Source of the DNA: Limnoraphis sp.
GTDB taxonomy: Bacteria; Cyanobacteriota; Cyanobacteriia; Cyanobacteriales; Microcoleaceae
Direction of reading: 5' to 3'
NCBI GenBank assembly: GCA_050485465.1
Contig: JBJHBL010000067.1
Span: 1 to 24,000, forward strand
DNA length: 24,000 nt
Part shown: in pieces, positions 1 through 8,585 of the stretch
Layout: each line of letters starts with the position of its first letter
Position numbering within the stretch: position 1 is the stretch's first letter
Notes under the pieces: model-generated
Database searches by the model: none
What the model saw: only the letters and a program-made list of their open reading frames with translations
What the model was told of the DNA's origin: nothing
Made by a program: the position numbers and the translations under genes

Positions 1-107
1 AACACGCCGAACCAGCCGATGTACAGGCGGTTGTTGGTGGATGTTACCCAGTTGCAGAACTGTTCCCATACGTTGGCGCTTTCGCGTTGCTGTAAGGTAG
101 TTGTCAT
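1..107 (-). CDS. psbA: Photosystem II D1 protein, 5' end only (the gene runs off the left edge)
   Basis: The reverse complement of 1-107 starts with ATG (cat at 105-107) and translates to [35 protein letters not shown]. This is the highly conserved D1 N-terminus. It is absent from the ORF track only because the ORF is incomplete. Confidence 0.9.
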   Translation of the reverse strand, partial: MTTTLQQRESANVWEQFCNWVTSTNNRLYIGWFGV

Positions 108-174
108 TTTAGGTATGATTGCTATGTATTTTTCGAGGTTCGTCCGGTAGGGGTTTGTGCCTTCCGTTATTACT

Positions 175-212
175 ATATTAACTGAATTTTGAGTTTTGTA
201 AAGGAGTTTAAC
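175..212 (-). promoter_or_regulatory. Putative psbA promoter: -35 TTTACA, -10 TAATAT, with an overlapping HLR1-like direct repeat
   Basis: The minus strand reads GTTAAACT-CC-TTTACAAA (212..195), then a 16-nt spacer, then TAATAT (180..175). This sits about 70 nt upstream of the psbA ATG. TTTACA as the -35 element is typical of cyanobacterial psbA promoters. The transcription start site is not determined. Confidence 0.4.
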
Positions 213-375
213 GAAAGCTTTTTTTATTTAAAGTATAAGCAAACCTAATGAAAGCTCCGAGAAAGGCGAGAGCGAAGCAGAAGGCGCGATCGCATTAACC
301 CGTGATCCGCCAAAGCCAATCCAAGATATCCTGAACACTAAACCTAAGCCCACCAACAACACCTGAACCTCTGCA

Positions 376-3300
376 ATGAGTGAAACAATCCTGTCACAAT
401 TTTGGCAACTCGTCGGATGGGTATTTGCCCTCAATGCTGATGCCTTCCGGGTTGTCAACACACTTCCCCAAGGCTTAACTATCGCCCTATTGATCGTTTT
501 ATTAGCGGGACTCTCTCAAGAAATAGCCCAAAGCATTATTTTATTTACAAACAAAGTCAAACCCATTCGATTTGTCTTCAGCCTGCTGATCAACGCCATA
601 TTATTTGTCTGCGGTTTTTTGTTTCTGGTTGTCAGTACCTGGGCCATTACCCTCTTACCCGGATCAGCCCCAGTCAGCTTAACCACCCTAATCATCGTTT
701 TAGGTATTAGCTACGCCCCCTTAATCTTTAGTTTATTAGGAGGTTTGCCCTATCTGGGTGTTCCTCTGCTTTCCCTACTATCCGTTTGGCATTTATTAGC
801 GATGGTGGTGGGCTTTGATGCCGTGGCAGACATTGGTTTAAATAAATCCTTTGGTTACGTTGTCCTGGGGTGGATTTTCCTACAAATCTTACAACAAACC
901 GTCGGACGACCTATAGCTAACTTTAGCCGTTGGTTAACCCACACCGTGGCTGGAGTTGATCTGTCTACGAATCCTCAAAAAACGATAGATCTCGTTCAAA
1001 CCCCTGTGCAAGAATCTTCATTAATCTGGCAAGATCAACTGCGAGAACGAATTACAGAAATTCGACAAATCACCTTATCATCCATCAACCCACAATCAAC
1101 CTCCTCAGAAACTCATTCTCAACCGACTGCCAGAAAAGGCAGTGTAGAAATCAGAATCAACAAAACCCTACAAACGATTCTCGGTCTATTCGGAATCGCC
1201 ATAGTAACCTATATTATTATTATTTTTCTGCGACCTGTAAGAGATTGGTGGTTTGGTTGGTATAGTAGTCTACCCAACCTATTGAGATTTATCTTTAACC
1301 TCTTTTGGATTGCCGTTGTTGCCCTTGTCGTTGCCGGATTACTCGCCCCCTTAGAAACTCTGGGTTGGTGGGCGGGTTGGTACGATGACGAAGTTGACAC
1401 AACGACTAATGTTGGAGAACTCGCCGAACCTGTTGCCGATCCCGAAAACATCTCTCGTTATATTGTTTATCTAGATGGCATTGGTAAATCTTCCTTGGAA
1501 TACTTACCCGATATTGAAGAATTTTTAGAGACATTAACCCCTGCCTTACCTAAAGATGTCGCCTTAATTAAAGGGATTATGCCCTATTCTGTTATGAATA
1601 GACCCTTGAATGAAGATCGACCTCTAGCATTCTTGTGGCAATTAGCAGAAAAAGCTCGATTGGGGAATTCAGCCAGTATCTTAGGATTGTTAATTAACCT
1701 CCGTAACGTCTTAATCGTGGGTGTTTCCGCAGATCAACGCTACGGCCCTCTCTACAATCAAGGCATTGCTCAAGTCGTCTACAATGGCTTAATTAAAAAT
1801 GGCTATCCTCTTAATAGTAATATTCCCGTTACCTTAATCGGTTATAGTGGCGGCGCTCAAATGTCTTGCGCCTGTGCGACCTTTTTAAAACGAGCCTTAA
1901 GCGCTCCTATTAATGTAATTTCTTTGGGCGGTGTGATTAGTGGAAACTGCAATATTCTCAAACTCGAACATCTCTATCACCTAGTTGGAGAAAAAGATGA
2001 AGTCGAACAAATTGGGCCGATTATGTTTCCGGGACGTTGGAAACTCTTTCCTTTATCTTATTGGAATCGAGCCAAACGACGGGGTAAAATTTCAATTCTT
2101 TCTATGGGGCCAGTCGCTCATCAAGTTCCCGGTGGTCTTTTAGACCCTGATTTAACTTTAGCAGATGGTCGTAGCGCACTTCAGCAAACAATTGATTACA
2201 TTGCAAAAATAGTCAAAGGCGATTTACTCCCTGAAATTGATTGGAGTGAGGTTCAACCCAGTAATTATGAACTCTATCGCCAAGCCGATTTTAATCGCCC
2301 AGACTATTATCCCTTAGATCAAACCGTTGATTCTAATCTCTATAAACCGATTGGAACTTGGATGGGACGATTAATTTTACCCAAATTAGAAGAACGTTCC
2401 CAGATCCGAGGGGTACTCTTTGAAATACATCACGCCGATATAGACCATCAACATTTAGTCGGACAGGTGGTAAAGTTACGTTGGGCGAATCATCCAGAAG
2501 TCCGAAAACTGGTAAAAGCTGTTACCCAAGATGTTCACTTCAGCGCTGATGCGGAATATACAAACAAATATGACGGATTAGTTCATCCGCTCCGGCTTAA
2601 CTATTGGCAACAAGTTGATCCATTAGAATCTTTAGCAGGTTCTCATCCTGTTGATGATGTGATCGTCATGTTGGATGGTACTATCACCGTTGAAGAAGAC
2701 CCCACAAATTCTCACTATCCTATCACTCTGCGATCGCTATATACCCCGATCCAAATTACCGGACGCTACTTTGGTTTAATTCAATTTATCGAGCCAGTGG
2801 ACGGAACTGATCAATTTCGAGTCCTTCACTTTAACCCTGTTTCTCATCAGTTTGATGGCCCAGAAGAACGAGTGCGTTTACCTAAAGTGGTCGAGAGTCG
2901 AGAGGGCTATTTCCCCTCTACAACAAATGGTCTAGAACGATCGCCTTTAAACGAAACAGGTTGGTATATCTACGGTGCCAAAGATAGTCAAGGACAGTTT
3001 GTGGTTCAGTCTTTGGCCCCTCGTTCTTTACTGCGTCTCCAACCGGATCAAGTTCTATTTAGTTATAGATATCGCTACATTCGTAAACAGACTTGGGCGA
3101 ATATTCGGGAACAAAAAGGACATATTTCTTCGGTACTCTGTTCAAATCAGAAGGATGACTCCTCCTCGGAAATTCAAAATGCAATTAATACCTGGAAAGA
3201 AGGCGATCGCGCACTTTTACTGCATACTTTTGGAGGAATTGGCGGTAAAAATCAAGAACCTGCGGCTTCTGGCCCGGTTTATTTTGGACATTTTGCCTAT

Positions 3301-4041
3301 GGAGTTGCGGAGGTGGTTCGTGATCCGTTGGCTGATGAGTTACGGTTTGAAATCAATTATCATCAAGTCTACACCCACAATAGCAATGGATTAATAGCCG
3401 GAACCCTACATTGGTCAAAGTATTTAGGCGATCGCCAATTGGGTTTTTTGGGATGTCGTCCAATCTGCGATATTTTAGTGAAGTTGGATGCCTTTACAGA
3501 AAATTATAATTTTGAGGGTTTACAGCGATCGCCTCTGACACAGATGTTAACGCAGTTGCAAGTGATGACCGCTCGTTACCGCATTGGAGACGGCACCGGA
3601 GGAACCTATGTCGGGCCTGCGAATAATTGCGCTCAGGACTCTAACCAAGCGTTATTTGCCAGTATTCAACAGATTAAAACCATCATTCAATCTAATCTGG
3701 ATCAGTTAGAAGATTGGGCGAGATGTTATCCCGAAGAAGCCAAACGTTTTGAAGAATTGATGAAGTTGGGAACGGATCTTAAACGACAACTACAACCCTT
3801 TGGTAAACCCCGTCCTGACTGGCAGAAAAATGAGTACAATCTCGGCAGTACCTTAGAAGATGAACCGTTGAGAAACTTAGCAATGGGACTCGGAAGTTGG
3901 CGAACTTTGCTCCCTCGCAAAGCCAGTGATACTGTGGTTAAAATTTTCCTCGAATACAACGCCTCAGTTTGGGTACTGCGAACCTCTCAAGTCGGGGGAT
4001 ATGACCCTGATATTGAACCCATTGCACCAATGACGTTTTAG
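376..4041 (+). CDS. Large multidomain membrane protein: N-terminal polytopic (Yip1-like) module, second TM cluster, alpha/beta-hydrolase-like module, and a roughly 600-aa unassigned C-terminal region
   Basis: An uninterrupted 1221-codon ORF. Residues 1-190 contain several hydrophobic helices. A second hydrophobic cluster lies around residues 270-340 (LGLFGIAIVTYIIIIFL, FWIAVVALVVAGLLAPL). A hydrolase-like core follows: strand RYIVYLDGIG, nucleophile elbow LIGYSGGAQ (G-x-S-x-G), acid candidate GEKDEV and His candidate GPVAHQVPGG. The remaining C-terminal region carries no motif I can name. Confidence 0.85.
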   Translation: MSETILSQFWQLVGWVFALNADAFRVVNTLPQGLTIALLIVLLAGLSQEIAQSIILFTNKVKPIRFVFSLLINAILFVCGFLFLVVSTWAITLLPGSAPVSLTTLIIVLGISYAPLIFSLLGGLPYLGVPLLSLLSVWHLLAMVVGFDAVADIGLNKSFGYVVLGWIFLQILQQTVGRPIANFSRWLTHTVAGVDLSTNPQKTIDLVQTPVQESSLIWQDQLRERITEIRQITLSSINPQSTSSETHSQPTARKGSVEIRINKTLQTILGLFGIAIVTYIIIIFLRPVRDWWFGWYSSLPNLLRFIFNLFWIAVVALVVAGLLAPLETLGWWAGWYDDEVDTTTNVGELAEPVADPENISRYIVYLDGIGKSSLEYLPDIEEFLETLTPALPKDVALIKGIMPYSVMNRPLNEDRPLAFLWQLAEKARLGNSASILGLLINLRNVLIVGVSADQRYGPLYNQGIAQVVYNGLIKNGYPLNSNIPVTLIGYSGGAQMSCACATFLKRALSAPINVISLGGVISGNCNILKLEHLYHLVGEKDEVEQIGPIMFPGRWKLFPLSYWNRAKRRGKISILSMGPVAHQVPGGLLDPDLTLADGRSALQQTIDYIAKIVKGDLLPEIDWSEVQPSNYELYRQADFNRPDYYPLDQTVDSNLYKPIGTWMGRLILPKLEERSQIRGVLFEIHHADIDHQHLVGQVVKLRWANHPEVRKLVKAVTQDVHFSADAEYTNKYDGLVHPLRLNYWQQVDPLESLAGSHPVDDVIVMLDGTITVEEDPTNSHYPITLRSLYTPIQITGRYFGLIQFIEPVDGTDQFRVLHFNPVSHQFDGPEERVRLPKVVESREGYFPSTTNGLERSPLNETGWYIYGAKDSQGQFVVQSLAPRSLLRLQPDQVLFSYRYRYIRKQTWANIREQKGHISSVLCSNQKDDSSSEIQNAINTWKEGDRALLLHTFGGIGGKNQEPAASGPVYFGHFAYGVAEVVRDPLADELRFEINYHQVYTHNSNGLIAGTLHWSKYLGDRQLGFLGCRPICDILVKLDAFTENYNFEGLQRSPLTQMLTQLQVMTARYRIGDGTGGTYVGPANNCAQDSNQALFASIQQIKTIIQSNLDQLEDWARCYPEEAKRFEELMKLGTDLKRQLQPFGKPRPDWQKNEYNLGSTLEDEPLRNLAMGLGSWRTLLPRKASDTVVKIFLEYNASVWVLRTSQVGGYDPDIEPIAPMTF

Positions 4042-4154
4042 GACATGGCACTCTGGCAATAAGCAACAAGAAAACCCGACCACTGGTAGTCATTGTTGAA
4101 TTACGCCTACGGTCACTGCACAACAAACGGAATTACATTACCCTATAGATTAAA

Positions 4155-5369
4155 ATGCGTCCCGACAGATTTCTAAAAAACATGGTGAAAAAGCTTACTT
4201 CGCCCTATACTGCGACTTGGATTAGTAATCTAGCCGAAATTCCCAAATCTGAGTGGGATGCTTTGGCAATGCCCTTAAAAACGCCTTTTTTTGAATGGGA
4301 CTGGCTGCACAACATGGAAACCTCTGGAAGTGCAACCGGACGAGCGGGTTGGCTTCCTCATCATCTTATCGTTTGGCGTGATGGTCAACTGGTAGCGGCC
4401 GCACCATTGTATCTTAAGGGTCACAGTCGTGGTGAATTTGTTTTTGATCATCAATGGGCAGATTTAGCCTATCAACTTGGGGTTCAATATTATCCGAAAA
4501 TGTTGGGAATGTCGCCGTTTACTCCCGCAGAAGGTTATCGCTTTTTAATTGCACCATCGGAAGATGAGGAGGAATTAACGGCGTTTATGGTGCATGAAAT
4601 CGATCAGTTTTGTATTAGCAATAATATCTCTGGGTGCAATTTTCTCTATGTTGACCCGCAGTGGAAAGCCTTAATGGAACGGCAAGGGTTTCTAGCTTGG
4701 TTACATCATAGTTATATTTGGAAAAACCAGGGTTTTAATTCTTTTGATGATTATTTACAGGTGTTTAATGCCAATCAGCGTCGGAATATTAAGCGAGAAC
4801 GCAAAGCCATTAGCAAAGCGGGATTACAGTTAAAAATCTTTACTGGTGATGAAATTCCTAAGTCTTTATTTTCTTTAATGTATCATTTTTATGCCGATAC
4901 TTGTGATAAATTTGGCTGGTGGGGAAGTAAATATTTAACCCGAAAGTTTTTTGAACAACTTCATCACGACTATCGTCATCGGGTATTATTTGTTGGGGCT
5001 TATAGCGAACAAGATGAACGAGAACCCATCGGGATGTCATTTTGTTTAACCAAAGGCGATCGCTTGTATGGTCGCTATTGGGGCAGTTATCAAGAAATTG
5101 ACTGTTTACACTTTAATGCTTGTTATTATAAACCGATTGAATGGGCAATTCAAAACGGCATTCAAACCTTTGATCCGGGCGCAGGTGGACGACACAAAAA
5201 ACGTCGAGGATTTCCTGCAATGGATAATCACAGTTTACATCGATTTTATGATAGCCGTCTGAGTAAGATTTTACAATCTTATATCGACAAAATTAACACG
5301 ATGGAACAGGAAGAAATTGACAATGTGAACCAAGATTTACCCTTCCGTCAAGAGGAAGAAAGCAATTAG
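4155..5369 (+). CDS. FemAB-like / DUF482-type (COG3146) GNAT-fold acyltransferase family protein
   Basis: A 404-aa ORF. Its N-terminal pattern (IPKSEWDAL, PFFEWDWLHNMETSGSA, GWLPHHLIVW, PLYLKGHSRGEFVFDH) and C-terminal pattern (NACYYKPIEWAI, FDPGAGG-HK--RGF) match that family as I recall it. An alternative start is the ATG at 4182 (MVKKL...). Confidence 0.7.
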   Translation: MRPDRFLKNMVKKLTSPYTATWISNLAEIPKSEWDALAMPLKTPFFEWDWLHNMETSGSATGRAGWLPHHLIVWRDGQLVAAAPLYLKGHSRGEFVFDHQWADLAYQLGVQYYPKMLGMSPFTPAEGYRFLIAPSEDEEELTAFMVHEIDQFCISNNISGCNFLYVDPQWKALMERQGFLAWLHHSYIWKNQGFNSFDDYLQVFNANQRRNIKRERKAISKAGLQLKIFTGDEIPKSLFSLMYHFYADTCDKFGWWGSKYLTRKFFEQLHHDYRHRVLFVGAYSEQDEREPIGMSFCLTKGDRLYGRYWGSYQEIDCLHFNACYYKPIEWAIQNGIQTFDPGAGGRHKKRRGFPAMDNHSLHRFYDSRLSKILQSYIDKINTMEQEEIDNVNQDLPFRQEEESN

Positions 5370-5379
5370 CAATTAAGGA

Positions 5380-5660
5380 GGGGGGAGACAGTAAGCTTAC
5401 CCCCGACTACAGTCGAGGGGCATAACTGCTTCGGAGTGGCTACGCCTACGCACTAATCCGATATACGCTTCTAGTACCGAACAAGATAGAGGATTGCGCG
5501 TTACAGGCAGTTACAGACTGCCCCACAATTAAAATCATCTTCGCGCCATTGAAAGCCCCGTCGCCTTTCCACCCACAATGAAAACTTGGCTTAGGCGACA
5601 CGACCGACTTGAGTCGCGCCTCCTGCCCGCAATGAATGAGGGGGCTTCCGCTAACCCCAG
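5380..5660. other. GC-rich, hairpin-dense intergenic element: candidate structured RNA or decayed mobile or repeat remnant, identity unknown
   Basis: My count gives about 53% GC over 5401-5640, versus about 40% for surrounding DNA. Hairpins are G81-85/C5400-04 enclosing the palindrome GTAAGCTTAC (5391-5400), 5401-5420, GGCAGT-TACAG-ACTGCC (5506-5522), GTCGCCT (5560-66)/AGGCGAC (5593-99) and CGAC-TTGA-GTCG (5605-5616). The motif CCC(A/G)CAAT(T/G)AA occurs at 5522, 5572 and 5626. No ORF explains the region. Confidence 0.3.
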
Positions 5661-5713
5661 ACTATTCCCCGTGATCAAACCTCCCCATTTGCCAATCTCC
5701 CCTCTCCCAATTA

Positions 5714-6283
5714 CTATTCAGGAATAATCCCTGGCATCTCAGAAGCTGGAGGAGACAACAAAAACGGGTTGGGGGGTGTATCTGAACCTCCGGGAGGCGG
5801 AAGCAAGGGATTATCCGTATCTGGCAAACCTGGCATGGGTAAAAAATCTGCGGCATCAGCTTCTGTTGGGATATCGGCGGAACTCGGTAAGGTTGCGAGG
5901 GCGACTCGTTCACCGCCTATCGCCCGTAATTTATCTAAAACTTGCACCACATCATTATAGCGGGCATCTTTGGGCGCGTATAACACCATTAATCCCGTCG
6001 GGTTCCAGCGCCGAAATCGAACTAAGGCCCGTTGTAATTGTTGCTCATCAACCAGTTGTTGATCAATATAGGTTCTTCCTTGTTCATCAATACCAACAAT
6101 TAGCATTTTTTGAATCTGGGTTTCTCCCGTTGCAGCCCGAGGTAAATCCACATTAATTGCTTGTTGACGGGTTAATTGTAGGGCTGCCAAAATAAAAAAC
6201 GTCAGAATACAAAACACCACATCAATTAACGGAAGGAGTTCGATCCGGGCTTCTTCAGGAGAAGAATCAAAATTAAATTTCAT
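5714..6283 (-). CDS. exbD: Biopolymer transport protein ExbD/TolR with a Pro-rich acidic C-terminal tail
   Basis: The N-terminus (EARIELLPLIDVVFCILTFFILAA, one TM helix) and periplasmic core (LIVGIDEQGRTYID, YNDVVQVLDKLRAIG) are typical of ExbD/TolR. It lies directly downstream of exbB on the same strand. Confidence 0.85.
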   Translation of the reverse strand: MKFNFDSSPEEARIELLPLIDVVFCILTFFILAALQLTRQQAINVDLPRAATGETQIQKMLIVGIDEQGRTYIDQQLVDEQQLQRALVRFRRWNPTGLMVLYAPKDARYNDVVQVLDKLRAIGGERVALATLPSSADIPTEADAADFLPMPGLPDTDNPLLPPPGGSDTPPNPFLLSPPASEMPGIIPE

Positions 6284-6352
6284 GGTTATTGTTGTCCGTT
6301 ATGTAAGTAGAGAAATGGGTGAAAAATTTTCCCGATCAAAGGCTAGTCGATT

Positions 6353-7270
6353 TTAGTTGATCCGATCTTCTTCTGAGTCTTGTCCTTCATCCTCTTGATT
6401 GTATTCTGAAGGATAAATCGATTGAATTTCAGTGTGTTTTTGAATTTCAGTGTTTTTATGATTCAAAGAATTTTCACTGTTCTCTCCAGATTCTTCTGAT
6501 TTTTCTAAATCCATGGTAGAGCTATGATTGTTGTGATTGAAAATAGAGTTTTTTTGGGCTTCGGCTTCTGCGGCTAGGGCTGCGGCTTCGGCTTCGGCTT
6601 CCTGTTTGGCTTCCTCATTTCTAATCACTTGCAACTGAGATTGCACCTGGGGCCAGTCTTGACGATAGAGTAATTCTAACTCATTGCCCACCTTCCGAAA
6701 GACTTTGATTTGACTAAAAGAAAGTGCCTGAAATAAACGGTAAAACGTTAAACTAACAATGGCGACAATTAACCCCGTTGCCGTACTAATTAACGCTTCC
6801 CCAATCCCTAATGTTACATCAGCCGCAGAGGAAGTCCCAATATCACCTAAGCGAATTGAACCCAGGGAGTTAATTAACCCTAAAACCGTACCCAACAACC
6901 CTAACATCGGGGAAAGGGCGATCACTGCTTCTAATATTTTGTCACCCCGCCGCATCGCTGCAAGTTCATCATCGGCGGCAGCTTCTAAAGCCAGTTGAAA
7001 CAACTCGGGGTCAGGATTCGTCAATCGTAACGGAGCATACAGAAATCGGCCAACGGGTCGGTGACTGGCCTGACGAGTGACTTGATAAGCGACTCCCCAC
7101 TGTCCTCGACGGGCTGCATCTACAACTCGGTTAACAATTTGAGGTTCTCGTGTGAGTGTATTTCCCCAAAACCACAACCGTTCAATAATGGTGCTGACAG
7201 ATAAGATCGATAGCACCAACAAAGGCCACATCGCGGGGCCACCTTTCGCAAAAATTTCTTGAATATCCAT
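6353..7270 (-). CDS. exbB: MotA/TolQ/ExbB proton-channel family protein with a roughly 100-aa low-complexity C-terminal extension
   Basis: N-terminal [22 protein letters not shown], followed by the conserved [14 protein letters not shown] and [15 protein letters not shown] helices. The tail is rich in Ala/Glu, then Ser/Asn/Glu. Confidence 0.85.
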   Translation of the reverse strand: MDIQEIFAKGGPAMWPLLVLSILSVSTIIERLWFWGNTLTREPQIVNRVVDAARRGQWGVAYQVTRQASHRPVGRFLYAPLRLTNPDPELFQLALEAAADDELAAMRRGDKILEAVIALSPMLGLLGTVLGLINSLGSIRLGDIGTSSAADVTLGIGEALISTATGLIVAIVSLTFYRLFQALSFSQIKVFRKVGNELELLYRQDWPQVQSQLQVIRNEEAKQEAEAEAAALAAEAEAQKNSIFNHNNHSSTMDLEKSEESGENSENSLNHKNTEIQKHTEIQSIYPSEYNQEDEGQDSEEDRIN

Positions 7271-7936
7271 TGGTTAGCACTCCTCTACAACAGATTTAAC
7301 CCCAGGTTTGAACTTCTGAACCATTGATCACATTCCTTTCAAAGCATCCTCAATTTTAATCCCTTGCCCGTGATTCGCAAGTCCCAAGTCATGATTGCTT
7401 TCTTTCCAAAGGCTACCATTTCTCGAATAAGACAAAATTTTAAATTGAGCGTTAAACGTTAACAGCATATCAGTTCATTTTCTATAGATACACTTACTAT
7501 CTTGACTAAGATTAATCCCGATAGGTTCTTTGGATCCATGATCTCACCGATGATCTTCCACAAGATTTGCCAGGTGAGGAGCCTCTAGGCTACATTTTCT
7601 GACTTTAGACTCTTTCTCTCTGTATCTTTGCTAACCTCTCTCCTGGTACTGGGAAAGGATGGGCGTCGCAAAAGTGACATCGCTTTTACCTCTATCTGCG
7701 GATCTAACTCTCTCCTGACTTTAGACTGATTTTGACTTCAATCTGATCAGAAATCCTGTTCAATACTCAATATTATATCAGGGGATAGAACTCAAGGATT
7801 TTTAATAAAAACTGAGGCTTAAATCTAAGTATCTTCTCATCTTTGCAAACTTTTTTTTGATTTCTATCGACAAAATAAATCCAGTTAAACTAAAATAAAT
7901 ATAAACACCAGAGACAGCGCTTAGGAGGTTCTGGAA

Positions 7937-8461
7937 ATGAAATTTCTGTTTTTAGGAATTGTTGGTGTATTAGTTTCTTTAGTTGGGGTTGCTCCTACTG
8001 TGGCTCAACTCAATACCACAAACCCCGATCTCTTTCTTCGGGGGGAGGCTAGATCTTGTCAAGGATGTAATCTTCAAGGGGCTGATATGAGTAATACCCG
8101 ACGGGTTAATGCTCAACTCAGACAAGCGGATTTAAGCGGAGCAGATCTCAGTGACGGTTACTTTGAAGGTGCCTTTTTTACCTGTGCTAATCTGAGCCGT
8201 TCTAATTTAAAAAATGCTGAATTTCCCTTTGCAAACTTTGTTGATGCTAACCTCAGTGGGGCGGATTTAAGTGGGGCGGATTTAAGTAAAACAGACTTAA
8301 GTGGAGCCATCATTGATGGAACAACAAATTTAACCGGAGCGAACTTAGAAGGCGCGAAACTGTGGGATGCGAAAACAATTTTTCAGCCGGGAATGGATCT
8401 CTCAACCATTAGCCGTAATACAAATCTAGAAGAACAACGAGTTAAATGTAGAAATCGCTAA
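7937..8461 (+). CDS. Secreted pentapeptide-repeat protein
   Basis: AGGAGG at 7923-7928 sits 8 nt before the ATG. There is a signal-like N-terminus (MKFLFLGIVGVLVSLVGVAPTVAQ). Runs of A(D/N)LSG-type pentapeptides follow (ADLSGADLSDG, ANLSGADLSGADLSKTDLSGA). Confidence 0.9.
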   Translation: MKFLFLGIVGVLVSLVGVAPTVAQLNTTNPDLFLRGEARSCQGCNLQGADMSNTRRVNAQLRQADLSGADLSDGYFEGAFFTCANLSRSNLKNAEFPFANFVDANLSGADLSGADLSKTDLSGAIIDGTTNLTGANLEGAKLWDAKTIFQPGMDLSTISRNTNLEEQRVKCRNR

Positions 8462-8491
8462 AATTGATTCCCGCTCAAAACACTTCAAAAT

Positions 8492-8527
8492 TCCTCTGGG
8501 TTGATTAATCAAGAGGAGTTTTGAGTT
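8492..8527 (+). terminator. Putative intrinsic terminator after the pentapeptide-repeat gene
   Basis: TCCTCT...AGAGGA stem (8492-8517) enclosing the palindrome TTGATTAATCAA, followed by GTTTTGAGTTT. Confidence 0.4.
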
Positions 8528-8585
8528 TAATCTTTCCAAAATCTAGAGAAAATGTTAAACTGAATTAATTTTTTAGATAAATTCA

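Noticed and set aside
228-461. A 77-aa minus-strand ORF in the psbA/large-gene divergent region
   Set aside because: It overlaps the start of the 1221-aa gene antisense, has low-complexity composition and no recognisable motif. The region is better explained as promoter plus 5' UTR.
3332-3352. Hammerhead-like CUGAUGAG...GAAA string
   Set aside because: It lies in the middle of the large CDS (encoding LADELRFEI), and the intervening bases cannot form stem II. This is a coincidental match.
1209-4126. Nested or antisense ORFs 1209-1451(-), 2975-3394(+), 3726-3959(-) and 3938-4126(-)
   Set aside because: All lie inside or against the long, clearly coding 376-4041 frame. These are shadow ORFs with odd composition.
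5520-5640. Possible degenerate CRISPR array (repeat-like ends ATTGAAAG and ATGAAAAC, a CTTTCC...GAAAAC segment, about 50-nt periodicity)
   Set aside because: Only a roughly 13-nt motif recurs. The units between copies share no full-length repeat, the spacing is too short and irregular, and no cas genes or leader are present. It is kept only as part of the unexplained-element finding.
5370-5713. tmRNA, RNase P RNA, cobalamin riboswitch or group II intron domain V/VI identity for the GC-rich element
   Set aside because: I could not find the diagnostic cores on either strand. Missing are the tRNA-like ...GGTTCGA..CCACCA end or an ANN... tag frame, GAGGAAAGTCCGGGC, the GCCACTG B12 box in context, and the AGC-triad hairpin.
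4858-7000. ORFs 4858-5040(-), 5068-5262(+), 5662-5913(-), 5769-5960(+), 5776-6156(+) and 6759-6998(+)
   Set aside because: They are out-of-frame or antisense overlaps of the DUF482-like, exbD and exbB genes, each of which has strong family motifs.
8040-8400. DNA-level tandem repeats (for example GGGGCGGATTTAAGT twice at about 8266-8295)
   Set aside because: They are fully explained by pentapeptide-repeat coding and are not an independent repeat element or array.
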